Assembly (NCBI GenBank): GCA_035607415.1
Contig: DATNAQ010000031.1
Location: 6,084-70,083 of the forward strand
Origin: Polyangia bacterium
Lineage (GTDB): Bacteria; Myxococcota_A; Polyangia; Palsa-1104
Reading direction: 5' to 3'
Length of the DNA: 64,000 nucleotides
The translations under genes were made by a program, and so were the position numbers. Of the stretch, positions 36,160 to 45,727 are shown piece after piece. The notes under the pieces were generated by a model. It had not been told where the DNA came from and did no database searches. It worked only from the letters and a program-made list of their open reading frames with translations. Every line of letters begins with the position of its first letter. The first letter of the stretch is position 1.

Positions 36160-36435
36160 GTGTCTGGACCTCTCCAACTGCGAAACATCGAAGGGCGGCC
36201 GCACTACATTCTCGACGAGGAGCCGTTGCGCCACGGCGAGCCGGTCGAGCTGCTCCTCGATGACGAGACCTGGCTGCGCGGCATCTGGGAATGGAGCGGC
36301 CAGGAGATTCGCTGGCCCGGCTTGCGCTTCAGGCTCGGCGGCGAAGCGCCTCCGTACGCGCACGCGCAAGAGACGATGCGAACCGCGATCGTCGCGCTGC
36401 CGCCCAACGCGGTCTTGCGCCGCATCCGTCGCTGA
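36160..36435 (+). CDS. Small hypothetical protein, paralog B
   Basis: The core LQLRNIEGRPHYILDEEPLRHGEPVELLLDDETWLRGIWEWSGQEIRWPGLRFRLG is about half identical to paralog A. The GTG 36160 start is provisional; the in-frame reading is open further upstream. Confidence 0.55.
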   Translation: MSGPLQLRNIEGRPHYILDEEPLRHGEPVELLLDDETWLRGIWEWSGQEIRWPGLRFRLGGEAPPYAHAQETMRTAIVALPPNAVLRRIRR

Positions 36436-36906
36436 TCAGCAACTGTCGCAGAAGCTCGACGGGCCGCACACCATGGCGTTGCAGTCGCGGCAGCTGAGAT
36501 CGTTGCGCGTGCAGCGGCCGTCGGCGTCGGCGTTGACGAGGCAGTAGGTCATGCCCATGCCGATGTCGACGCAGCTGGCGCCGGGGCCGCAGTCCGGGGA
36601 CTTCTTGCACGGCTTCGAGCAGTAGCCGGCCGCCACCCACGGCATGCACATGAGGCCGGGGCCGCAAGCGCCCGAGCACTCGTCGCCGACGTGCGTGGGC
36701 AGCGGCTGTATCAGCAGATCGGGCGCCGGCGCCAGGGCGAGATCGGCGCTCGACATCGCAGCGTCGGCCGGCGCCGAGCCGTCGTTGCCGCCCGGGTTGA
36801 CGACGATGCCGCCGTCGTCACTGCCGGGCCCGGGGCTCACCGGGTCGACGATGAAGTTGCAGGCGCTCGCGAACAACACGGCCGCTACGAGGTACAACCT
36901 TGCCAC
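36436..36906 (-). CDS. Cys-rich lipoprotein
   Basis: GTG start. Signal/lipobox is ARLYLVAAVLFASAC. There are 14 Cys in the last ~85 aa (ECSGACGPGLMCMP..YCSKPCKKSPDCGPGASC..). The start lies inside track ORF 36436..37338. Confidence 0.6.
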   Translation of the reverse strand: MARLYLVAAVLFASACNFIVDPVSPGPGSDDGGIVVNPGGNDGSAPADAAMSSADLALAPAPDLLIQPLPTHVGDECSGACGPGLMCMPWVAAGYCSKPCKKSPDCGPGASCVDIGMGMTYCLVNADADGRCTRNDLSCRDCNAMVCGPSSFCDSC

Positions 36907-36962
36907 GGATCTACGCTGGCGCGAGAGCGCGGTAGGATTCAAGCGCCTATGTGGGTATGGCG

Positions 36963-37178
36963 TTAATTCAGGTACTTCTGCTGCGTGCGGCCGGCGCCGA
37001 GCATGCGTGCAGGTAGGAGCAATACCGCCTTCACGAGCTCGAGCACGCCGTCGACCGCGACGCCGAGCAGGCGAAACGGGAGCAGCAGCAGCCAGACGAG
37101 CGGGTAGAGCACGAGCGCGAGCAGCGCCAGCGGCCAGCAGAAGAAAAAGAGGAGCAGCCACAACAGCAGCTTGATCAT
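36963..37178 (-). CDS. Small two-TM membrane protein (71 aa)
   Basis: MIKLLLWLLLFFFCWPLALLALVLYPLVWLLLLPFRLLGV... The codon usage is unusually T-rich for this genome because of Leu/Phe content. Confidence 0.5.
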   Translation of the reverse strand: MIKLLLWLLLFFFCWPLALLALVLYPLVWLLLLPFRLLGVAVDGVLELVKAVLLLPARMLGAGRTQQKYLN

Positions 37179-37264
37179 CGATGGATCTACACGCGGCGCG
37201 CCCGCGACATTCCCTCGTGACTGGAGACACGCGCGGCCCGGCGCCGTCATGGCATTCTGAGGAC

Positions 37265-37672
37265 ATGCGCGAGCAGCTGGGGAAGTTCGACGCCGACGGC
37301 CTCGCCTTCGTCAAGGAAGCGATGGAGTCGGCCGGCATCGAATACGAAGTGCGCGACGACTCGCCCGGCTCGCGCTATTCGGTGGCGGGCGGGCGCATGG
37401 AAGATTTGCCGGCGAGGTACGACGTCCTCGTCGACGCCGAGAAGATCGCCGACGCGAAGCTCGCGATCGAGCGCTGGCAGGAGGAGGCCGCGGAGGCGGC
37501 GCTGCGCGAATCGGGCGCGCCGCCACCGACGGCTGAAGAGCTCGCGGCCGACGCCGAATGGGAAAGGCAGAAGCTCGGCGACGAGAAGAAGCGATCGTCG
37601 CCGGTCTGGCCGGGCTTGATCCTCGTCGGCGCGATCGTCGGCGTCGTCGCGTGGCTCCTCACGAGTCACTGA
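37265..37672 (+). CDS. Hypothetical protein with DUF2007-like N-domain and C-terminal TM anchor
   Basis: MREQLGKFDADGLAFVKEAMESAGIEYEV.. is followed by an acidic helix and the TM WPGLILVGAIVGVVAWLL. ATG 37265 lies inside the track ORF. Confidence 0.55.
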   Translation: MREQLGKFDADGLAFVKEAMESAGIEYEVRDDSPGSRYSVAGGRMEDLPARYDVLVDAEKIADAKLAIERWQEEAAEAALRESGAPPPTAEELAADAEWERQKLGDEKKRSSPVWPGLILVGAIVGVVAWLLTSH

Positions 37673-38334
37673 TCGCGGCGTGAGCGCGCGCCGGGGCGCC
37701 CGGCGATCACCGTCGCTGCGGCGAAGACGATGCGCAGCGGCGCGTGGCGATAGCCGCCCGGCGCGGAGCTGCGATCGGGCGCCGGATCGGGCTCCCAGCG
37801 GCCCACGCCGACGATGGCGACCGGTTGATCCGGCTGCAGCGCGGTCTCGTCGCAGCGATCGGGGTAGGGCGTGCCGTCGAGCGACGGCCAGGCGCGGAGG
37901 CCGTGGCGCCGCAAGAAGCGACGCAGCCGCCGCGAAGGACGGCTCGGCGCGAACAGCGGCCGCAGCACCGCGCTGCGTGCGCCGCCGAGCGTGCGCGGCG
38001 CGCGGATCAAGGCCGCCGCGCCGGAGCCGTCGCGCACGAGAAAATCGCGCGCCACGCTCTCGCGCACCACGCGGCGACGGCAGCGCGGGTCGTGATACTC
38101 GATGGTCGCCGAGTACGCGGCGCACGGACGGCCGCTGACGGGCGCGCACAACGGCGCGCTCGCGAGCTCGAGCCGTCCCGCGATCGCCACCTCGTCACCG
38201 TCGGCGACGTCGGCGATCGGCGTGATGCGCAGACGGCGCGGCACGCGCGGCTCGTCGAGCTCGCGGCCGGCCAACGCCAGCCCGCCGGCGGCGGCCACGA
38301 TCGCGGTGACCACGGCGACGGTGCACAAGAGCAT
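37666..38334 (-). CDS. N-terminally anchored hypothetical protein (GIDE-like?)
   Basis: TM LLCTVAVVTAIVAAAGGLALA, then ITPIADVADGDEVAIAGRLE..PLCAPVSGRPCAAY, which resembles bacterial GIDE-domain proteins. The assignment is tentative. Confidence 0.55.
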   Translation of the reverse strand: MLLCTVAVVTAIVAAAGGLALAGRELDEPRVPRRLRITPIADVADGDEVAIAGRLELASAPLCAPVSGRPCAAYSATIEYHDPRCRRRVVRESVARDFLVRDGSGAAALIRAPRTLGGARSAVLRPLFAPSRPSRRLRRFLRRHGLRAWPSLDGTPYPDRCDETALQPDQPVAIVGVGRWEPDPAPDRSSAPGGYRHAPLRIVFAAATVIAGRPGARSRRDQ

Positions 38335-38358
38335 GCGTCCCCCTCCGTCGGCGAAGGT

Positions 38359-41300
38359 TCAACTTCGATGCCACCGCCCCTCGCGCAGCCGCCGCGCCAG
38401 CCGATCGAACGCCAGGTAGATCGCCGGCGTCGAGAACAGCGTCAGCATCTGCGACATCAGGAGCCCGCCGATGATGGTGACGCCGAGCGGGCGGCGCAGC
38501 TCGGAGCCGGCGCCGTAGCTGATGGCCAGCGGCACCGCGCCGAGGAGCGCCGCCATCGTCGTCATCATGATGGGGCGGAAGCGCAGGAGGCACGCGCGAT
38601 AGATCGACTCGCGCGACGAGAGCCCCTCGGCACGCTCGGCCTCGAGGGCGAAGTCGATCATCATGATCGCGTTCTTCTTGACGATGCCGATGAGCAGCAC
38701 GATCCCGATGAGCGCGATGATGGAAAAATCGTAACGAAGCAGGAGCAGCGCCAGGAGCGCGCCCACACTCGCCGACGGCAGCGTCGACAGGATGGTGATG
38801 GGATGGGCGTAGCTCTCGTAGAGCACGCCGAGCACGATGTAGATGGCGAAGAGCGCCGCGAGCAACAGGTACGGCTCGGTCGCCAGCGACTGCTGAAACA
38901 GCTGCGCCGTGCCGGTGAAGCTCGCGCGCAGGCTCGCCGGCATGCCGAGCCCCTGCTCGACCCGCGCGATGGCGGCGATCGCCGTGCCGAGCGAGCCGCC
39001 GGGCGCCACGTTGAACGACAGCGTCACCGACGGAAACTGCCCCTGGTGGTTGACCGATAGCGAGGTGGTGCCGGCGTGGGCACGCGCGATCGCGCCGAGC
39101 GGCACCGCGGCGCCCGCCGGCGAGCCGACGTAGAGCCTGCCGAGCGCCGACGGATATTGCTGCAGCTTCGGCTTGGCCTCGAGGACGACGTGGTACTCGT
39201 TGAGCTGGGTGAACAGCGTCGCCACCTGGCGCTGGCCGAAGGCGTCGTAGAGCGTGTCGTCGACGGCTTGCGGATAGATGCCGACGCGCGAGGCGGCGTC
39301 GCGATCGATGGTGACGTCGAGCTCGAGGCCGGCGTTCTGCTGATCACTGGCGACGTCGCGCAGCTCGGGCAGCTTCTTGAGCGCGGCGAGCAGCTTCGGC
39401 GCCCATTGGTCGAGCTCGGCGAGATCGGCGTCCTGCAGCGTGTACTGGTACTGCGTGCGCGTGAAGCGGCCGCCGACGCGCACGTCCTGCACCGACTGCA
39501 GGTAGAGCGCGATCCCCGGCACGTGCGCGAGCTTCTTGCGCAGCCGGCCGATGACCTGGTCGGCGCTGGCCTGGCGCTGCGATCGCGGGACGAGCTCGAT
39601 GAACACGGTGCCGGTGTTGCCCGCCGAGCCGGCGCCGCCGCCGATGAAGGAGACGGCGTGGTGCACGTCGGGATCGGAGGCGACCACGGCGTTGAGCACC
39701 TCCTGGCGCGCCTTCATCGCGGGGAACGAGATGTCTTGCGGCGCGTCGGAGAAGCCGATGATCGAGCCGGTGTCCTGCTGCGGAAAGAAGCCCTTCGGAA
39801 TGATCATGAGCAGCACCACCGTCGCCGCCAGCGCAGCGAGGGTGGCGCCGAGCACGATCCACGAATGGCGCAGGACCGAGCGCAGGAGGCGCGCGTAGGT
39901 GCTGGCGAGCGCCTCGAAGAAGCGCTCGGCGAAGTGATAGAAGCGCCCGCGCTCGACGGTCTTGCGCGCGCGCAGCAGGCGCGAGCACATCATCGGCGTC
40001 AGGGTCAGCGACAGCACCGCCGAGATCAGGATGGCCACGCTCAGCGTCACCGCGAACTCGCGCAGGAGGCGCCCGACGATCCCGCCCATCAGCAGGATGG
40101 GGATGAACACCGCGATCAGCGACAGCGTGATCGACACGATGGTGAAGCCGATCTGACGCGCGCCGGCGAGCGCGGCCTCGAGCGGCGGATCGCCGCGCTC
40201 GAGGTAGCGCGTGACGTTCTCGGTGACGACGATGGCGTCGTCGACCACGAAGCCGGTCGAGATGGTGAGCGCCATCAGCGACAGGTTGTCGAGGCTGTAG
40301 CCGAGGAGGTACATGACGGCGAAGGTGCCGACGATCGACAAAGGCAGCGTCATCGACGGCACCAGCGTGGCGCGCCCGCTGCGCAGAAAGACGTAGACCA
40401 CGACGATCACGAGCACGAGCGACGCCGCCAGCGTGAGCTCGACGTCGGCGATGGAGGCGCGGATGGTCTGGCTGCGATCGAGCGCGACGATGGTCTCGAT
40501 GCCGCCCGGCATCGAGGTGGCGAACCCGGGCAGCGCCGCCTGGATGCGCTCGATGACGGCGATGATGTTGGCGCCGGGCTGGCGGCGGATGATGAGGAGC
40601 ACGCAGCGATGGCCGTCGGCCCAGGCGGCGACGCGGTTGTTCTCCACGTCCTCGACGACGTGGGCGACGTCGCCGAGGTAGAGCGGCGCGCCGTTGCGAT
40701 AGCCGAGGACGAGCTTGGGATACTCGTGCGCGGCGAGCAGCTGATCGTTGGCGCCGATGGTGTGCAGCGTGCGCGCGCCGTTGATCGCGCCTTTCGCCTG
40801 ATTGGCGGTGGCGGCGCCGAGCGCGGCGCGCACGTTCTCGAGCGTGAGGCCGACGCCGGCGAGCGCCTCGGGATCGACCTGTACGCGCACCGCGGGCGTC
40901 TGGCCGCCGCCGACGTAGACCTGGCCGACGCCGGCGATCTGCGAGATCTTCTGCGCGAGGATGGCGTTGGCCGCGTCGTAGATCTTGCCGAGCGGCAGCG
41001 TGTCGGAGGTGAGCGCGAGGATCAAGATCGGCGCGTCCGACGGGTTGACCTTGCGGTAGGTCGGGCGCGAAGGCAGATTCGGCGGCAGATCGCCGGCGGC
41101 GGCGTTGATGCCGGCCTGCACGTCGCGCGCGGCCGACTCGACGCTGCGATCGAGCGCGAACTGCAGCGTCAGCTGCGTCGTGCCCAACGTCGACGTCGAG
41201 GTCATGTCGGTGAGCCCGGCGATGCGGCCGAAGCGGCGCTCGAGCGGCGTGGCCACGGCGGAGGCCATCGTCTCGGGGCTGGCGCCGGGCAGGAGCGCCT

Positions 41301-41442
41301 GCACGTTCACCGTCGGCAGATCGATCTGCGGCAGCGGCGCGACCGGGAGCTCCTTGAACGCGACCGCGCCGGCGCCGAAGAGCGCGGCCGACAGGAGCGT
41401 GGTCGCGATCGGTCGCGCGATGAACGGCCGCGACAGGTTCAC
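38359..41442 (-). CDS. mdtC: RND multidrug efflux permease, MdtC-like
   Basis: FKELPVAPLPQIDLPTVNVQALLPGASPETMASAVATPLERRFGRIAG and PSRPTYRKVNPSDAPILIL closely parallel E. coli MdtC. The GTG start has a GTGA overlap with mdtB. Confidence 0.9.
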   Translation of the reverse strand: MNLSRPFIARPIATTLLSAALFGAGAVAFKELPVAPLPQIDLPTVNVQALLPGASPETMASAVATPLERRFGRIAGLTDMTSTSTLGTTQLTLQFALDRSVESAARDVQAGINAAAGDLPPNLPSRPTYRKVNPSDAPILILALTSDTLPLGKIYDAANAILAQKISQIAGVGQVYVGGGQTPAVRVQVDPEALAGVGLTLENVRAALGAATANQAKGAINGARTLHTIGANDQLLAAHEYPKLVLGYRNGAPLYLGDVAHVVEDVENNRVAAWADGHRCVLLIIRRQPGANIIAVIERIQAALPGFATSMPGGIETIVALDRSQTIRASIADVELTLAASLVLVIVVVYVFLRSGRATLVPSMTLPLSIVGTFAVMYLLGYSLDNLSLMALTISTGFVVDDAIVVTENVTRYLERGDPPLEAALAGARQIGFTIVSITLSLIAVFIPILLMGGIVGRLLREFAVTLSVAILISAVLSLTLTPMMCSRLLRARKTVERGRFYHFAERFFEALASTYARLLRSVLRHSWIVLGATLAALAATVVLLMIIPKGFFPQQDTGSIIGFSDAPQDISFPAMKARQEVLNAVVASDPDVHHAVSFIGGGAGSAGNTGTVFIELVPRSQRQASADQVIGRLRKKLAHVPGIALYLQSVQDVRVGGRFTRTQYQYTLQDADLAELDQWAPKLLAALKKLPELRDVASDQQNAGLELDVTIDRDAASRVGIYPQAVDDTLYDAFGQRQVATLFTQLNEYHVVLEAKPKLQQYPSALGRLYVGSPAGAAVPLGAIARAHAGTTSLSVNHQGQFPSVTLSFNVAPGGSLGTAIAAIARVEQGLGMPASLRASFTGTAQLFQQSLATEPYLLLAALFAIYIVLGVLYESYAHPITILSTLPSASVGALLALLLLRYDFSIIALIGIVLLIGIVKKNAIMMIDFALEAERAEGLSSRESIYRACLLRFRPIMMTTMAALLGAVPLAISYGAGSELRRPLGVTIIGGLLMSQMLTLFSTPAIYLAFDRLARRLREGRWHRS

Positions 41443-44400
41443 GGCCGTGGCTCGCGGCGGAAGCGGCGCGCCAGCCGCTCCATGTACAGGTAGACGACCG
41501 GCGTCGTGTACAGCGTCAAGAGCTGTGACACGAGGAGGCCGCCGATGATGGTGATGCCGAGCGGGCGGCGCAGCTCCGAGCCGGTGCCGCTGCCGATCGC
41601 CAGCGGCAGGCCGCCGAGGAGCGCGGCCATCGTCGTCATCATGATGGGCCGGAAGCGCAGCCGGCACGCCTGATAGATCGCCTCGCGCGGCGGCAGCCCT
41701 TCGCCGCGCTCGGCGGAAAGCGCGAAGTCGATCATCATGATCGCGTTCTTCTTGACGATGCCGATGAGCAGGATGACGCCGATGAGCGCGATGATCGAAA
41801 AGTCGACCTGCAACAGGATCAGCGCGAGCAGCGCCCCCACGCCCGCCGACGGCAGCGTCGACAAGATCGTGATCGGGTGGATGTAGCTCTCGTAGAGGAC
41901 GCCGAGCACGATGTAGACGGTCACCAGCGCGGCGAGGAGGAGCCACGGCTCCGACGCCAGCGAATCGCGGAACGCGGCCGCGGTGCCGGCGAAGGTGACG
42001 TGGATGCCGCGCGGTACGCCGAGCTCGGCGAGCGCGCGATCGATCGCCTTGACGGCGGCGCCGAGCGACGTGCCCTGCGCGAGATCGAACGAGACGTTGA
42101 CCGCGGTGAACTGCCCTTGATGATCGATGGCGAGCGGCGCGCGCGCGGCGTGCACGTGCGCCACCGCCGAGAGCGGCACCTGGTCGCCCGCCGGCGTGCG
42201 CACGAAGATGCGCTCGAGCGCCTTCGGATCGTTCTGATACTCGGGCTTGACGGTGAGGATCACGCGGTACTGGTTGAGCTGCGTGAAGATGGTGGAGACG
42301 ATGCGCTGGCCGAACGCGTCGTAGAGCGTGTCGTCGATGGCCTGCACCGACAGGCCGAGCCGATAGGCGGTGTCGCGATCGACGGTGACCACGAGCGTGG
42401 CCCCGCCCAGCCGCTCGTCGCTCGAGACCTCGCGCAGCTCGCGCAGCCGAGCGAGGCGCGCCACCGCGCGCGGGCTCCAGGCGTGCAGCTCGGCGGCGTC
42501 GGCGTCGTCGAGCGTGAGCTGATACTGCGTGCGGCTCACGCGCGTGTCGATCTGCAGGTCCTGCACCGCTTGCAGGTAGAGCTTGATGCCCTCGACGCGG
42601 GCGACCTTGGGCTGCAGGCGCGCGATGATCGCGGCGGCGCCGGCGTGGCGCTCGCTGCGCGGCTTGAGCGTGATCAGCATGCGCCCGGAGTTGGGCGTCA
42701 GGTTGGTGCCGTCGGCGCCGATGAACGACGCCACCGACGCGACGTCGGGATCGCCGCGCACCACGTCGACGAGCGCCAGCTGCAGCTCCGACATGCGCGC
42801 GAACGACGTGGTCGCCGGCGCCTCCGAGATGCCCTGGAGGAGGCCGGTGTCCTGCTGCGGGAAGAAGCCCTTGGGCACCACGAGCGCGAGGATCCCGGTC
42901 AGGAGCAGCGTCGCGATGGTGACCGCGAGCATGAGCAGCTGATGATCGAGCACCCAGCCGAGCGTGCGCTCGTACAGCTGCGTGGTCTTACGAAAGCCGG
43001 TGTCGCACCACGCCGACAGCCGCCCGCGACGGCGCGCCTCGCCGGCGGGACGCAACAGGTGCGCGCTCATCATCGCCGTCAGCGTGAGCGACAAGAGCGC
43101 CGAGACGCCGATGGCGATGCTGAGCGTGACCGCGAACTCGCGAAAGAGCCGGCCGATGATCCCGCGCATGAAGAGCAGCGGAATCAGCACCGCCACCAGC
43201 GACACCGTCAGCGACACGATGGTGAAGCCGATCTGCCGGGCGCCCTCGAGCGCCGCCGGCAGCGGCGCCATGCCCTCCTCGACGTGGCGCGAGATGTTCT
43301 CGACCATGACGATGGCGTCGTCGACGACGAAGCCGGTGGAGATGGTGAGCGCCATCAGCGACAGGTTGTCGAGGCTGTAGCCGCACAGGTACATGACGCC
43401 GAAGGTGGCGACGAGCGAGAGCGGCACGGCCACGCCCGGGATCAGCGTCGCGCGCACGCTGCCGAGAAAGATGAAGATGACGGCGACGACGAGCACGACG
43501 GTGATGACGAGCGTCTCCTGCACGTCGTGCACCGAGGCGCGCACGGTCTCGGTGCGATCGGAGAGCGTGCGCACGGCGAGGCTGCGCGGCAGCGACGCGT
43601 GCAGCGTCGGTAAGAGCGCCTTGACGCGATCGGCGGTGGCGATGACGTTGGCGCCCGGCTGGCGCCAGACGTTGAGGATGATCGCCGGCTCGCGATCGGC
43701 CCATCCGGCGAGGAGCGCGTTCTCCACGCCGTCCGAGACGTCGGCCACGTCGTCGAGGCGAATCGGCGAGTCGTTGCGGTAGGCCAGGATGAGCGGGCGA
43801 AACCCCGCGGCCTTGTAGACCTGATCGTTGGTGGCGATGGTGTAGTCGAGCCGCGGCCCGTCGAGGTTTCCCTTCGGCTGGTTGACGTTGGCCAGCGCCA
43901 GCGTGGTGCGCAGATCTTCGAGGCTGAGCCCGACGCCGGAGAGCGCGACCGGATCGGCCTCGACGCGCACCGCCGGCTTCTGGCTGCCGTTGATGCTGAC
44001 GAGGCCGACGCCCGAGACCTGCGCGATCTTTTGCGCGAGGATCGAGTCGGCGACGTCGTCGACTTGCGCCAGCGGCAACGTCTTCGAGGTCACCGCCAGC
44101 GTCAGGATCGGCGTGTCGGCCGGGTTCGACTTCGAGTACACCGGCGGCGACGGCAGCGTCGGCGGCAAGAAGGTCGCGGCGGCGTTGATCGCGGCCTGCA
44201 CGTCCTGCTCGGCGGCGTCGATGTTGCGGTCGAGCTGGAACTGGAGCGCGATGAGCGACGTGCCGAAGCTCGAGGTCGAGGTCATGAGGCCAAGCGACGG
44301 CATCTGCCCGAACTGCCGCTCGAGCGGCGTGGTCACCGCCGAGGCCATGGTCTCGGCGCTGGCGCCGGGCAGGAACGTGGTCACCTGGATGGTCGGATAG

Positions 44401-44522
44401 TCGACCTCGGGCAGCGTCGAGACGGGCAGCGCGCGATAGCCGGTGATGCCGGCGAGCAGGAGTCCGATGGTGAGGAGCGTCGTCGCGACCGGATGGCGGA
44501 TGAACGGCGCCGAGATGTTCAC
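41439..44522 (-). CDS. mdtB: RND multidrug efflux permease, MdtB-like
   Basis: YRALPVSTLPEVDYPTIQVTTFLPGASAETMASAVTTPLERQFGQMPSL and PPVYSKSNPADTPILTLAVTS closely parallel E. coli MdtB. It has a GTGA overlap with mdtA. Confidence 0.9.
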   Translation of the reverse strand: MNISAPFIRHPVATTLLTIGLLLAGITGYRALPVSTLPEVDYPTIQVTTFLPGASAETMASAVTTPLERQFGQMPSLGLMTSTSSFGTSLIALQFQLDRNIDAAEQDVQAAINAAATFLPPTLPSPPVYSKSNPADTPILTLAVTSKTLPLAQVDDVADSILAQKIAQVSGVGLVSINGSQKPAVRVEADPVALSGVGLSLEDLRTTLALANVNQPKGNLDGPRLDYTIATNDQVYKAAGFRPLILAYRNDSPIRLDDVADVSDGVENALLAGWADREPAIILNVWRQPGANVIATADRVKALLPTLHASLPRSLAVRTLSDRTETVRASVHDVQETLVITVVLVVAVIFIFLGSVRATLIPGVAVPLSLVATFGVMYLCGYSLDNLSLMALTISTGFVVDDAIVMVENISRHVEEGMAPLPAALEGARQIGFTIVSLTVSLVAVLIPLLFMRGIIGRLFREFAVTLSIAIGVSALLSLTLTAMMSAHLLRPAGEARRRGRLSAWCDTGFRKTTQLYERTLGWVLDHQLLMLAVTIATLLLTGILALVVPKGFFPQQDTGLLQGISEAPATTSFARMSELQLALVDVVRGDPDVASVASFIGADGTNLTPNSGRMLITLKPRSERHAGAAAIIARLQPKVARVEGIKLYLQAVQDLQIDTRVSRTQYQLTLDDADAAELHAWSPRAVARLARLRELREVSSDERLGGATLVVTVDRDTAYRLGLSVQAIDDTLYDAFGQRIVSTIFTQLNQYRVILTVKPEYQNDPKALERIFVRTPAGDQVPLSAVAHVHAARAPLAIDHQGQFTAVNVSFDLAQGTSLGAAVKAIDRALAELGVPRGIHVTFAGTAAAFRDSLASEPWLLLAALVTVYIVLGVLYESYIHPITILSTLPSAGVGALLALILLQVDFSIIALIGVILLIGIVKKNAIMMIDFALSAERGEGLPPREAIYQACRLRFRPIMMTTMAALLGGLPLAIGSGTGSELRRPLGITIIGGLLVSQLLTLYTTPVVYLYMERLARRFRREPRP

Positions 44523-45673
44523 GGCCCGGCCCCGCCGTCGGGCGGAGCACCACCGTCGCCGGCGCCGCCGTCGGGGCTGGCCGCGCGCGGCGCCACTTTG
44601 CTGCCGGGGCTGAGCTCGTTCTGCCCTTCGGTGACGACGACCTCGCCGGGCCGAAGGCCGCCCCTGATGATCGACACGTCGCCCGTCGTGACCTCGGGCT
44701 GCACCTTGCGCACGGCCACGGTGTCGTTGGCCCCGACGACGTAGGCGAACATGCCCTCGGGGCCGCGCTGCACCGCCGTCGACGGCACGACGGTGGCGTG
44801 CGCGCGCGTGGCGACGAGGAGGTGCGCCTTGACGAACTGATTGGGCCACAGCATGCGCTCGGAGTTGGGCGCGGTCGCCTTCAAGCGGATGGTCGCCGTC
44901 GTCGTATTGATCTGGTTGTCGATGGCGGTGACCACGCCGCGGCCGAGCGGCAGGTTGCCGTCGCGGCTGAAGATCTCGACGGTGAGCGAGCCTTCCCGAC
45001 GAAGCGCGCGCGCCACCTCGGGCAGATCGTCTTGCGGCAGCGTGAAGACGATCGAGATCGGATCGATCTGCGTGACCATCACGATGCCGCTCTGATCGGC
45101 GGCGTGCACGATGTTGCCGGGATCGATCAGGCGCAGCCCGACCACGCCGTCGACGGGCGAGACGATGCGCGCGTACTTGAGGTTGAGCCGGGCCGTCGCG
45201 ATCAGTCCGCGATCGACGCGCACCGCGCCGGTGTACTGCCCGACGAGCGCCTCCTGATCGTCGACGTTCTGCTGCGCGATGAGGTTCTGCTTGCGGAGCG
45301 TCTGGTTGCGCGTGAGGTTGATGCGGCTCGAGCGCAACAGCGCCGAGTCACGCACCAGCGCGCCTTCGGCCTGCGTGAGCTGCGCGGCAAACGGATCGGG
45401 ATCGACGAGCGCGAGCAGCTGGCCGCGGCGCACGTCCTGTCCTTCGGCGAAGTCGACCTCGAGCAGGCGCCCGTCGACCTGCGTGTGCACCGCGATCGTC
45501 TTGTAGGCGACGACGGTGCCGAGCCCATCGAGATAGATGGGCACGTCGCGCTCGGCGACCTCGGCGATCACCACCGGGATGGGGCGATCGCCCGGTTTGG
45601 CCGGCTCGCGGCGCGCCTGCGCCTGCTCACACGCGACGGCGGCGAGCGCCAGGATGACCAGCGACGCACGCAT
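44519..45673 (-). CDS. mdtA: RND periplasmic adaptor, MdtA-like lipoprotein
   Basis: Lipobox LAAVAC. The MFP blocks are VHTQVDGRL, ARIVSPVDGVVG, VTQIDPISIVF and VVPSTAVQRGPEG. The tail is Gly/Pro/Asp-rich. The track start at 45712 is an alternative. Confidence 0.85.
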   Translation of the reverse strand: MRASLVILALAAVACEQAQARREPAKPGDRPIPVVIAEVAERDVPIYLDGLGTVVAYKTIAVHTQVDGRLLEVDFAEGQDVRRGQLLALVDPDPFAAQLTQAEGALVRDSALLRSSRINLTRNQTLRKQNLIAQQNVDDQEALVGQYTGAVRVDRGLIATARLNLKYARIVSPVDGVVGLRLIDPGNIVHAADQSGIVMVTQIDPISIVFTLPQDDLPEVARALRREGSLTVEIFSRDGNLPLGRGVVTAIDNQINTTTATIRLKATAPNSERMLWPNQFVKAHLLVATRAHATVVPSTAVQRGPEGMFAYVVGANDTVAVRKVQPEVTTGDVSIIRGGLRPGEVVVTEGQNELSPGSKVAPRAASPDGGAGDGGAPPDGGAGP

Positions 45674-45727
45674 CCTGTCTGCGGATATAGGCGGCGCCTG
45701 GTGCGACGACAACGCGGGCGAAATGCA

